A stretch of 64,000 nt of DNA from Campylobacterota bacterium (GTDB taxonomy: Bacteria > Campylobacterota > Campylobacteria > Campylobacterales > Thiovulaceae), in the NCBI GenBank assembly GCA_030152305.1, contig JASKOM010000010.1, positions 10,797 through 74,796 on the forward strand, given 5' to 3'. Position numbers and translations under genes: made by a program. The notes under the pieces are model-generated. The model searched no databases and had not been told where the DNA came from. It saw only the letters and a list, made by a program, of their open reading frames with translations. Each line of letters opens with the position of its first letter. The first letter of the stretch is position 1. This document shows positions 10,954 to 19,244 of this stretch, piece by piece.

Positions 10954-12264
10954 GTGAACATAAAAAAAATAGTAATTTATTCGTTGTCAGCTGTTGCAAC
11001 TATTGGAACAATTGGCTATTTTGTCGCAGATCAAATTAAGATTTTGCCTTATTATTCGCAATTGACAAAAAGCTATGAAAGTAACATGGCTGATTTACAA
11101 CCTGAAGCTCAAAAACATTCCTCTTTTGTTGGCTCAAAAAAATGCAATGAATGTCATGGCGATGAATATAACATGTGGAAAACATCTGGTCATTCAAAAA
11201 TGATTCAATCGATAAAAGATAACCCAGATGTTATTATTGCTGATTTTAGTAAATTACCTGCTGATGCTGATTTTAATAAAAGCGATGCCGTTTATACGAT
11301 TGGTAGCAAATTTAAACAAAGATATATGTTAGAAAAAAATGGTGATTATGTCGTTGGTAATTATCAATGGAATACTCAATTAAATAAATGGCAACCTTAT
11401 GCTGTTTATAAAGATTGGTATGCCGACGGTTTCGATCACAATAATAGTAAAGTTTATACAAGTAAAACTTGCGACGGCTGTCATTTTACAGGTTTCATGT
11501 CAAAAGAACAAAGAGTTGAACCTGCTGTTGCTTGTGAAGCTTGTCATGGTGCAAGTAGCGAACATGTTAAAAATCCAACTGATAAAAATATTTATGTAGC
11601 TACAACTTATGATCCACATAGAGCAACTGAAGTTTGTTTGCAATGTCATATGCGAAATCGCGATAAACGACTTGAAAATAATCTTTCTATTAAAACGGAT
11701 CTTTATAATGAAGTTCGAGATTATCCTTTAGGTTATGAAGTTGGTAAAGCTTTACGAGAATTTAAAACTGTTGCACCTTTTGAATATGGCAAAGAAACTT
11801 CTGAATTTTATGCTAACGGTGTTGGTAAAAAAAATAGAACTCAAGGCAATGAATATATAAATACTCGCATGTATGAACATGGAATAACTTGTGTCAATTG
11901 TCATAATCCGCATAAATTAGATAACACAGCTGAAAAATCATTAGGCGACCAAGCATGTATGAAATGCCATGATTTTGGTTCTGTTGTTGGACCTCATTCA
12001 AAATCGATCGAAGATCATACAAAACATAAAGCTGATTCTAATGGTTCATCTTGTATTGAATGTCATATGCCAAAAACGGGCAAACATCTTGACAATTCGC
12101 CATTAACAGTTAGAACTCATATTTTTGATTTTATTACTCCGATGGAAACAAAAAAATATTCCGTTCCAAATGCATGTAACAACTGTCATCAAGATAAATC
12201 AATTGATTGGGCAATAGAAAAAACTAATCAATGGGGAATGAACAACGGTTGGAAAATAAAATAA
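10954..12264 (+). CDS. Membrane-anchored octaheme c-type cytochrome
   Basis: N-terminal TM helix plus eight CXXCH motifs (CNECH, CDGCH, CEACH, CLQCH, CVNCH, CMKCH, CIECH, CNNCH). Confidence 0.85.
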   Translation: MNIKKIVIYSLSAVATIGTIGYFVADQIKILPYYSQLTKSYESNMADLQPEAQKHSSFVGSKKCNECHGDEYNMWKTSGHSKMIQSIKDNPDVIIADFSKLPADADFNKSDAVYTIGSKFKQRYMLEKNGDYVVGNYQWNTQLNKWQPYAVYKDWYADGFDHNNSKVYTSKTCDGCHFTGFMSKEQRVEPAVACEACHGASSEHVKNPTDKNIYVATTYDPHRATEVCLQCHMRNRDKRLENNLSIKTDLYNEVRDYPLGYEVGKALREFKTVAPFEYGKETSEFYANGVGKKNRTQGNEYINTRMYEHGITCVNCHNPHKLDNTAEKSLGDQACMKCHDFGSVVGPHSKSIEDHTKHKADSNGSSCIECHMPKTGKHLDNSPLTVRTHIFDFITPMETKKYSVPNACNNCHQDKSIDWAIEKTNQWGMNNGWKIK

Positions 12265-12355
12265 ATAATTACCAATAAATTAACCAGTTATCCCGTGCTT
12301 GACCATAGCTTTCTATACATATAATAAATCAAAACCAAGGATATTACGAAAGGTT

Positions 12356-12649
12356 TTATCGCATAAATAAAATCTTCGTAATATCGAAGTTATATAACAA
12401 ATCATTGAGTAAAATAAACTGCCATAAGCCACTAAGTTTTGCGAGAAATAATTTGAAAGTTTCAGCCTCTCTCGAGTATTGATGTTCAATTTGCCAAACA
12501 AAAACTGAAGCAAGAGAAACAATTAATAATCTTCTAAAAATAGTCATCGGCTCTCTCATCAAAAAGCCTGAACTTTTTAATAATTTAAAGAAACTTTCAA
12601 TTTTCCAACAAAAGAAATAGAAAAACCTCGAAAAATGGCGACCTTTCAA
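12356..12649 (-). pseudogene. C-terminal remnant of an IS4-family (Tn5/IS50-like) DDE transposase
   Basis: The translation contains CWKIESFFKLLKSSGF...REPMTIFRRLLIVSLASVFV. This matches the RWxIExFxKxxK YREK signature region of IS4/Tn5 transposases. The N-terminal catalytic part is missing. Confidence 0.55.
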
Positions 12650-12650
12650 G

Positions 12651-12779
12651 CTTAATGATAACTATGTTTCTATTCGTGGAGGAGTTGAACGAAACTATAC
12701 TTGACTTAAATCTAGGTTTCGTAAATTAGCTATTCTCTATGAATTTAGTGCTTATAATTTTTTGGTTTTGTTAGCTTAG
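12651..12779 (+). pseudogene. C-terminal remnant of an IS5-family transposase with an in-frame stop
   Basis: Manual translation gives LNDNYVSIRGGVERNYT*LKSRFRKLAILYEFSAYNFLVLLA*. This resembles the conserved IS5 end (R..VE..F..LK.FR.IATRYEK....F). The internal TGA is at 12702-12704. Confidence 0.45.
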
Positions 12780-12970
12780 CTATCTTTTTATCTAATTGGC
12801 ATCTTTTGAGATGAGTTAACTATATAGGTTTGTAACTTATGTTGTCGTAAAAATAAATGAGAATATTTTGCTAAAAAAACTTGTTTGTTGATGCAATAAA
12901 TTACAATTAAGTTCTTATAATTTTTCGATAAAATAAGCCTCAACCCAAAAATTATTATCAGGAGGCTATT

Positions 12971-13261
12971 TTGATTATAGATCAAAAATTATTGTCAAAA
13001 CTTGAACATCTTTCTTATTTAAAAATAGAAGACAGCAAACGAGAAGCGATTATTTCGCAACTTGAGGAAATTTTAGAATTCGTTGAGAATCTAAATGAAT
13101 TAAATACTGAAGGACTTTCAAGCCGATTTTCGCTTTCAAATGAAAGTTTAACTTTACGAGAAGATGTTAAAAATGTTGATCGAAATGTAAATATCGATGT
13201 TTTAAATCATGCACCTCATCGGGACGGAAATTTCTTTTTTGTTCCAAAAATTATCGAATAG
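12971..13261 (+). CDS. gatC: Asp/Glu-tRNA amidotransferase subunit C
   Basis: 96 aa with a typical GatC sequence (LEHLSYLKIEDSKREAIISQLEEILEFVENLNELNTEGL...LREDV). TTG start. Confidence 0.85.
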   Translation: MIIDQKLLSKLEHLSYLKIEDSKREAIISQLEEILEFVENLNELNTEGLSSRFSLSNESLTLREDVKNVDRNVNIDVLNHAPHRDGNFFFVPKIIE

Positions 13262-13279
13262 ATAAAAAGGAAAAATTAA

Positions 13280-14029
13280 ATGGAAGAAAGTTTAGTTAAG
13301 CTATTCGAAACAATGCCATATATCGTAAGTTTTCTTGGCGGTTTCATAACTTTTGTTAGTCCGTGTATTTTGCCATTGATTCCAGCTTATCTTTCATATA
13401 TTTCAGGATTATCGTATCAGCAAATAAGCGGTCAAAATGAGATTTCAACAGCTGAACGATTAAATATTGTTTTTGCTTCGTTGTCGTTTATATTTGGTTT
13501 TAGTTTAATATTTGTTCTTCTTGGTGTAGTTGTTGATGGAGCAATTGGTGATTTCTTAAAATCTCCAGAAATGGCAATCGTTGCTGGTGGTTTAGTTATT
13601 ATTTTTGGAATTCACATGATGAAAATAATAGATATTCCATTTTTGAATTTCGAAATGAGAGCAAATTTTGGTTCAACCGAAAAACAAAAAGGCTTTATGA
13701 AATTTATAACACCGTTTATTTTAGGGTTATCGTTTGCTCTTGGTTGGACTCCATGTGTTGGACCAATTTTAGGCTCGATTTTAACTTATGCAAGTGGAAA
13801 TGATGCAGTTTTATTAATGTCGACTTTTGCTCTTGGTTTGGCTGTTCCATTTTTCTTGTCAGCATTATTAACAAGTTATGCAGTAAGTTTAATGGCAAAA
13901 GTAAAAAGACATTTTAGAATTGTTGAAATTGTTTCAGGATTATTATTAATCGGAATTGGTATCGCAATTGCTTCAGGAAGTATGGGTTTATTAACAGAAC
14001 TTTTATCATTTGGCGGTGGTGAAAATTAA
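13280..14029 (+). CDS. ccdA: Cytochrome c biogenesis thiol-disulfide transporter (CcdA/DsbD transmembrane family)
   Basis: Polytopic membrane protein with the two conserved Cys motifs FVSPCILPLIP and GWTPCVGPILG. Confidence 0.8.
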   Translation: MEESLVKLFETMPYIVSFLGGFITFVSPCILPLIPAYLSYISGLSYQQISGQNEISTAERLNIVFASLSFIFGFSLIFVLLGVVVDGAIGDFLKSPEMAIVAGGLVIIFGIHMMKIIDIPFLNFEMRANFGSTEKQKGFMKFITPFILGLSFALGWTPCVGPILGSILTYASGNDAVLLMSTFALGLAVPFFLSALLTSYAVSLMAKVKRHFRIVEIVSGLLLIGIGIAIASGSMGLLTELLSFGGGEN

Positions 14030-14040
14030 AAAATAATCAA

Positions 14041-14075
14041 ACTCCCTTTTATAATTCTAAAAAGGGAGTTTTTGA
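14041..14075. terminator. Bidirectional Rho-independent terminator between convergent ccdA and the PhoX-like gene
   Basis: Perfect 10-bp stem ACTCCCTTTT / AAAAGGGAGT (14041-14050 and 14060-14069) followed by a T-run. Confidence 0.7.
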
Positions 14076-14107
14076 TTTATTATTGTTCGTCAGTGAAAAG
14101 AATTTAT

Positions 14108-17100
14108 TTATAAATTAATTTCGTAAATAGCAGTGCTTCCACTAATTTCAAAAGATACGATTAATAAATTTTTACCATTTGAAGATTTTGAGGCAGGAAT
14201 AAATATAAGTCCTTCAGGACTAACATCACCTTGAATATGTGTAGAGATATAATCTATAAAAATCGGTTGAAACGGATTTGAAATATCATAAATGATGATA
14301 GCACTTTGTCGTTCAAGACCGATGAAAGCATAAGTTTTACCATCAATCACTCCAACAGTAATTGCTTCTGGTTCAACACCTTTATTTCCACTTCGACCGT
14401 CAATTTCGCCATTATCTTGATTAAATAATTTTGGTTCATATTTTGCAACTAATTGACTAAATGCGTAACCGCTATCCCAAACTAAATTACCTGAATCATC
14501 CCAAATAGAAAAACTTCTTGCTCCGAAGCCATAAAGCTGTTCATAATCTCCGTCATTATCGAGATCTCCAAAATCTTTTAAAACTTTTAAATCATTGTCA
14601 GTTATATAACTACTAGAAATAGTTGAATCTAATTTTAATTTACTGATTTTGACCTCATCGATAAAAACAGTGCTACCGTTATTATCTAAATATTCTCGAC
14701 CATCTCCCTCATTTGCAGTTACAAGATATGTCGAACCACCAAATGAATAGCTACTAATAGCATCGGGCATATAAAGAGCTTTTAATCCTTGATAATTTTT
14801 TAATTTAATTGCTCCATATTCTTCGATGTCAATTTTATTAGCAGTTTCATAATCTTTTGAACCAAAGGATTTAACAAATTCAAAACTATTTGAGTCTAAA
14901 TTTATTTTAGCAAGAGCATTATTTTCTTGAAGAGTTACATAAGCAAACTTATCATCAATCGATATATATTCTGGTTCGATATCAAGAGATTGATTATTAC
15001 TCGGAGTTCCACCTAATCTTACAGAAGTTCCATCTTGAGCATTAGTCAAATTAACAGATGAAAAATTAAGATCAAAATAACCTGCTGAATCATCATTTTT
15101 TGTCGTATTGGCTAAAGTTATAATTCCAACACTGCCTTCAACATCTTGATAAATTCCATTCGTTGCAATTGGCTCACCTTCGTTTGCAATTATAATTTTC
15201 GAACCATCTGTATTAAAAGTTAGCATATCTGGTAAATATCCAACTTGAGTTTGAGAAATTAGCGAGTAATCTTTTGTATTTAAAATTACAACTTTACCTT
15301 TTTGACCAGTTTTATCTTTGCTTCCAACAGCAATTGCAACTTTTTCATCTTTTACAGCAACACTTTGAATTCCATTTCCATAACTGGACATATCTATCGA
15401 AGTTAATAATTTTGGAGATTGAACATCGCTTAAATTTATAACATCAATTTTATTAGTAGCTCCATTTGTTATAAACAGTTTCTTTGTTGAACTATCAAAT
15501 GCTGAAATCTCGCTTCCAGCTTCAATTCCACTGTTATAACTGCCTAATTTGGTCAATTTATTTCCATTTAATTGATGCAAATTTTTAATAGCACCTAAAA
15601 CTCCAATTGAAGATTCTCCTGCTTCTGTAGAAGTCAAATTAGGATGTTGTGTAACGGCGGTTAAATAGCCCCAGCCGTTTATGTTGCTATACCAAAATGG
15701 CGAAGTTGTTTCTGCTCCCAAAGGTGAAGTGAAAACACGAGTTAAAGCTCCGTTTGTAATATCAAAAGCCCAAATAGCATTATTTAAATGTTTGCCAGAA
15801 TCTTCACCGATAAATAATAAATTAGAATTATCTAAATATGTTAAATTATCAGGATTTGAAATATTATTTACATCACAACTATTTCCAGCATATTGACTCG
15901 TATTATCATAACTTTTTGCTGTTCCATTAATAATAGAATACATATTATTTACTACATAATTGCTAGAAATTATGTTACCAGTTGTATCTTTTTGAGTAGA
16001 AGTTGCAACATCAAGAGCATAAACACCACCACAACTATTTTTACTAAGCTTGATATGATTATTTCCGCCAATATCATAACTAGACGAATCTTCCATTCCA
16101 CTTGAAATTTCACTCATTGCAACAAAAAGTTTATTGTGTTCAGCTGAAAAAGTTAAGCCTTCCTCTTTTCTAAATTCTGTTGTTGCCCCTTTCATAGCTG
16201 AATATCTACGAGTTTCTAAAAAAGTAGCATGAAGTTCTTTTCCAGTTTTAATTTTCAAACATTCGAAACCACCAGATGTATTAATCGCGGTAAAACCGTT
16301 ATTGCAAGTTCCTTTTGTTGCATCACCAGTTCCAATTTCAAAAATATCACTGAAACTAGGACTATCATTTGTTTCTATATTTCCATCTGGATCTAATAAT
16401 TTTCTTATATCGCTGTCTTTAGCTTCACCTAATTTAATCCAAGTGATATCGGTTCTACCACCATTTGCGGAACTATTTTGATTCCATTTTGCAGAATATA
16501 AAACTCCTTCGCTTAAATCACCAGCATTTTTAGCAACATACATATACAAACCGACATTTGTTCCATCATCGCTCATATAAACTGTTTTTTTGTCAGGCAT
16601 AACATACGAAAGTTCATGAGAAAATCTACCCATTGAATAATGTTTTTTATAAACTGCTTCCCCATTTGAATTGATAGTAACTTCTGGAGTCCAGCCGTAA
16701 TAATACGGTGAAATCTTTTTGCCGTCGTTACCCCAGAATTTTGCAAGTTCATCATAATAGCTATCACCAATTAAACCTGTTGTTATATTTTTATCAGATT
16801 CAACTTTTCTAGCATCTGTTTCATATTCTTCACTTCCTAAATGTGATTCCCACGGAGTTCGCTGTCCAGCACAATGAACAAAACCACCAAATTCATCTTT
16901 TTGAGAGATAAATTTTAAGCTATCTTTTTTAGCAGTTAATTCACCAGTTGAACTATTTTGTTCAAGCTCATTTATATACATAGCTCCAATTGCACATTCA
17001 AATTGACTTACCATGTAAAGTTTATTATTTTTTTGCAAAATTGAAACATAGTCTAAACCAGAACCTTCACCGCTATTTGTTCCATTGCAAATATAATTAG

Positions 17101-17542
17101 ATCCATCTGAAAATTTTATAGGATTATTTTGATAGTCTTTGACTAAACCATAAATCTGATTATTGTCAGCAGTTCCAGTTGCAAATAATTTTTTAAACGA
17201 AATCGCTTGTGTTTCATCTAAAAAAGTAATTTTATTACTTGCTTGAATTATAGATTTTGAAGTTTGATTAATAGGAGTTTGAACTTCAGCAAACAAAACT
17301 TTTGAGGGCTTAATTCCAGCATTTAAATTATTGCTTAATTGAGCTTTTTGTTCATCTGTTAAATTGTCAAAAGATAGACTTTGACCATCAACGCCGTTAA
17401 TTCCATCTTTGCCATCGCTACCGCTGTTACAAGCATTAAAAGAACTTGCTAAAGCAACAGCCACTGAAAAACTAAGATATTTATGCACTTGAACATATCC
17501 TTTTAACATAAAAGTAATAACACTATACATTTGAAAAATCAC
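14108..17542 (-). CDS. Secreted lipoprotein: PhoX-type (DUF839) phosphatase fused to a choice-of-anchor-I beta-propeller domain
   Basis: Lipobox SSFNAC. The PhoX-like core has GGFVHCAGQRTPWESHLGSEEYE. The C-terminal half has LPDMLTFNTDGSKIIIANEGEP, LVTANEGDGREY, GARSFSIWD and NKGVEPEAIT, typical of choice-of-anchor-I proteins. The likely true start is Met12 (17509). Confidence 0.7.
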   Translation of the reverse strand: MIFQMYSVITFMLKGYVQVHKYLSFSVAVALASSFNACNSGSDGKDGINGVDGQSLSFDNLTDEQKAQLSNNLNAGIKPSKVLFAEVQTPINQTSKSIIQASNKITFLDETQAISFKKLFATGTADNNQIYGLVKDYQNNPIKFSDGSNYICNGTNSGEGSGLDYVSILQKNNKLYMVSQFECAIGAMYINELEQNSSTGELTAKKDSLKFISQKDEFGGFVHCAGQRTPWESHLGSEEYETDARKVESDKNITTGLIGDSYYDELAKFWGNDGKKISPYYYGWTPEVTINSNGEAVYKKHYSMGRFSHELSYVMPDKKTVYMSDDGTNVGLYMYVAKNAGDLSEGVLYSAKWNQNSSANGGRTDITWIKLGEAKDSDIRKLLDPDGNIETNDSPSFSDIFEIGTGDATKGTCNNGFTAINTSGGFECLKIKTGKELHATFLETRRYSAMKGATTEFRKEEGLTFSAEHNKLFVAMSEISSGMEDSSSYDIGGNNHIKLSKNSCGGVYALDVATSTQKDTTGNIISSNYVVNNMYSIINGTAKSYDNTSQYAGNSCDVNNISNPDNLTYLDNSNLLFIGEDSGKHLNNAIWAFDITNGALTRVFTSPLGAETTSPFWYSNINGWGYLTAVTQHPNLTSTEAGESSIGVLGAIKNLHQLNGNKLTKLGSYNSGIEAGSEISAFDSSTKKLFITNGATNKIDVINLSDVQSPKLLTSIDMSSYGNGIQSVAVKDEKVAIAVGSKDKTGQKGKVVILNTKDYSLISQTQVGYLPDMLTFNTDGSKIIIANEGEPIATNGIYQDVEGSVGIITLANTTKNDDSAGYFDLNFSSVNLTNAQDGTSVRLGGTPSNNQSLDIEPEYISIDDKFAYVTLQENNALAKINLDSNSFEFVKSFGSKDYETANKIDIEEYGAIKLKNYQGLKALYMPDAISSYSFGGSTYLVTANEGDGREYLDNNGSTVFIDEVKISKLKLDSTISSSYITDNDLKVLKDFGDLDNDGDYEQLYGFGARSFSIWDDSGNLVWDSGYAFSQLVAKYEPKLFNQDNGEIDGRSGNKGVEPEAITVGVIDGKTYAFIGLERQSAIIIYDISNPFQPIFIDYISTHIQGDVSPEGLIFIPASKSSNGKNLLIVSFEISGSTAIYEINL

Positions 17543-17594
17543 TTTTTAGAAACAGGGTTAGTTGTTTACTTGTAACAAATATGCTACAATAACC

Positions 17595-18000
17595 TACATA
17601 TACCGATGTCTGTAGCCGAAAACCAAGGGCAGATATATGGTAAAAAGCGCCTTGAGTAACCCTCAAGGCTTTGGGAGATCTCCCCGGATTAACAGTCCGC
17701 AATTAGCAACTGTTACAGAAATGTAGAGATTGTTAAGTAAAATAGATCGGCATAGAAATTAGATGATTGAGACATCGAAAACTTAATCGTAATTAGCTCT
17801 TGCGAATTAATAGCTCAACGAGTTATCGAAGATGAAATATCAAAGCAAACTCATTACAAAACAATTTTTCAAATTGTGAAACAGCAACTCGGAACGATCG
17901 AAATCGCATTTGAACCTTACATCACAACCGCAAAACAGCAACTCCAATTCAAAGGGACTTTGTTTGAGTTTTTGTTACTCGAAAATAAATAATCTTAATT
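17595..18000. other. Non-coding region with structured, GC-rich elements. Candidate ncRNA or regulatory region of unknown class and strand.
   Basis: No ORF of 60 aa or more. TGCTACAAT extended -10 on + at 17582-17590. 8-bp GC-rich hairpin at 17649-17669, followed by a T-run on the minus strand. Palindrome GGGAGATCTCCC at 17673-17684. AAACAGCAACTC repeated at 17879 and 17933. Confidence 0.25.
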
Positions 18001-18185
18001 TTCGTCATCCCGAAGCAAAACCTGTCATCCAAAATTTATTTCTAGATCTAATTTAATATTTTTGTTAATTTTTGATTTTTTGGAGTTGTATAATTTGAAT
18101 GTTTTTTTGTCTTTCACCAGAGAGTTGCAATCTCTTTTTGTTAGGCAAAAAACAAAATACAAAATGAAAGTGGTGAAATTATGCC

Positions 18186-18953
18186 ATGAAGACAAATCAA
18201 ATTATGACGGTCCAGATAGGACATTTTGGAACTTTAAAAATCGGTCATCTCTCTCAAATGGGTGATGTTGCAAAAATAATTGAGATGGGAAATAGAAATC
18301 GTAGAGCTAAAGGCTTAAACGAATTGCTCATAGAAGATATACTAGCAAAGCAAGAATTTTGGGAATTTGTTATAGCTAGAGACACTCAATTAATGATAAA
18401 TTTAAAATCTCCGTATTCCGTGGATTTTGAAAATCACGATTCTGTCGAATCTTTTCAATCTAATTATTCAAAGCTTAAAGAATTTAAGACACCAAAAGGT
18501 GAAATCAGATACAGCGAACTTATGAAAATGTTTCCGCATTTGATTAAGTCAAAACGAGGTAAAGGTGGTGGAACTCAAGCAGAACTTTATATTTTGTTGA
18601 AAATTGCTTCGATGTTGGATAAGGATCTTGAGGTTTCGATCTATGATGTTTTTATTCAGTCAAAAATTCTCAATTGGCGAGATGTCGGCGGTGATAATTT
18701 TATTGAATTTAATAAAATTGTTGATACTCTTCCTGATAGAGCTGATAAAGATAACACATCGATTTATATGCAAATGGCTAGAATCGTTAGAAAAAAGTTA
18801 GGAATTGAAGATACAGAAGGTTATAACGAAAAAGAACATTCTCCTGAAGTTCAAGAAGCACGAGCAAAATTGCTTAGCGATTTAACATTAGTCGTTAGGA
18901 TTGGATTTGTGAAAACTTACGATCAATTAAAAGAAGTAATTGCAAAAATTTAA
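18186..18953 (+). CDS. KilA-N-like DNA-binding domain protein (mobile-element or phage-associated type)
   Basis: 255 aa. The N-terminal region (GDVAKIIEMGNRNRRAKGLNELLIEDILAKQEFWEFV) resembles the KilA-N / Bro-type DNA-binding module. A perfect TATAAT lies near 18089. Confidence 0.4.
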   Translation: MKTNQIMTVQIGHFGTLKIGHLSQMGDVAKIIEMGNRNRRAKGLNELLIEDILAKQEFWEFVIARDTQLMINLKSPYSVDFENHDSVESFQSNYSKLKEFKTPKGEIRYSELMKMFPHLIKSKRGKGGGTQAELYILLKIASMLDKDLEVSIYDVFIQSKILNWRDVGGDNFIEFNKIVDTLPDRADKDNTSIYMQMARIVRKKLGIEDTEGYNEKEHSPEVQEARAKLLSDLTLVVRIGFVKTYDQLKEVIAKI

Positions 18954-19008
18954 TTTTTTGTTTTTGTCTTCCCGAAGTGAAGATTCTGTAATAATATTGC
19001 AATCGTAG

Positions 19009-19196
19009 GGAACGGTCTGCGACCGTTCCGATAATTGATAATTATTCCGTTGAATTTGTGTTCCATAGATTGTTTTTATTTCGATAATGGGTTTTGACTT
19101 TTTGGTTTTTTCAGACTTTTTTGCGACCCGCGACTAGCCGTCGCGGGGCAAAAGATGATTTTGTGTTGTTTGGTCCAGCCACGGCAAAAAGCCGTG
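19009..19196. repeat. Three GC-rich stem-loops in an AT-rich spacer
   Basis: GGAACGGT-ctgcg-ACCGTTCC (19009-19029), CCCGCGAC-tagcc-GTCGCGGG (19127-19147), CACGGC-aaaaa-GCCGTG (19180-19196). Confidence 0.6.
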
Positions 19197-19244
19197 TCTA
19201 ACGAGTTCTACGAAATTTCTAGCTTTATTTAAAAGCCAAAAACT

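Noticed and set aside
17879-17944. AAACAGCAACTC repeated 54 nt apart, considered as a mini-CRISPR
   Set aside because: There are only two 12-nt copies (plus one degenerate copy), which is too short and too few for a CRISPR array. No leader or cas genes are present. I kept it only as part of the unexplained non-coding region.
17595-18000. Assignment of the non-coding region to RNase P RNA, tmRNA, SRP RNA or 6S RNA
   Set aside because: Isolated resemblances (AGTCCG, ACAGAAA, CCAAGGGCAGAT) are present. The diagnostic elements are absent: GGAAAGTCCGGGC for RNase P, a tRNA-like 3' end with GGTTCGA...CCA and a tag ORF for tmRNA, and the SRP domain IV GGAAGCAGC symmetric loop.
17543-19244. Calling the KilA-N region a prophage or integrative element
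   Set aside because: There is only one mobile-element-type gene. No integrase, recombinase, tRNA attachment site or structural genes are present. I report it only as a possible cassette or remnant.
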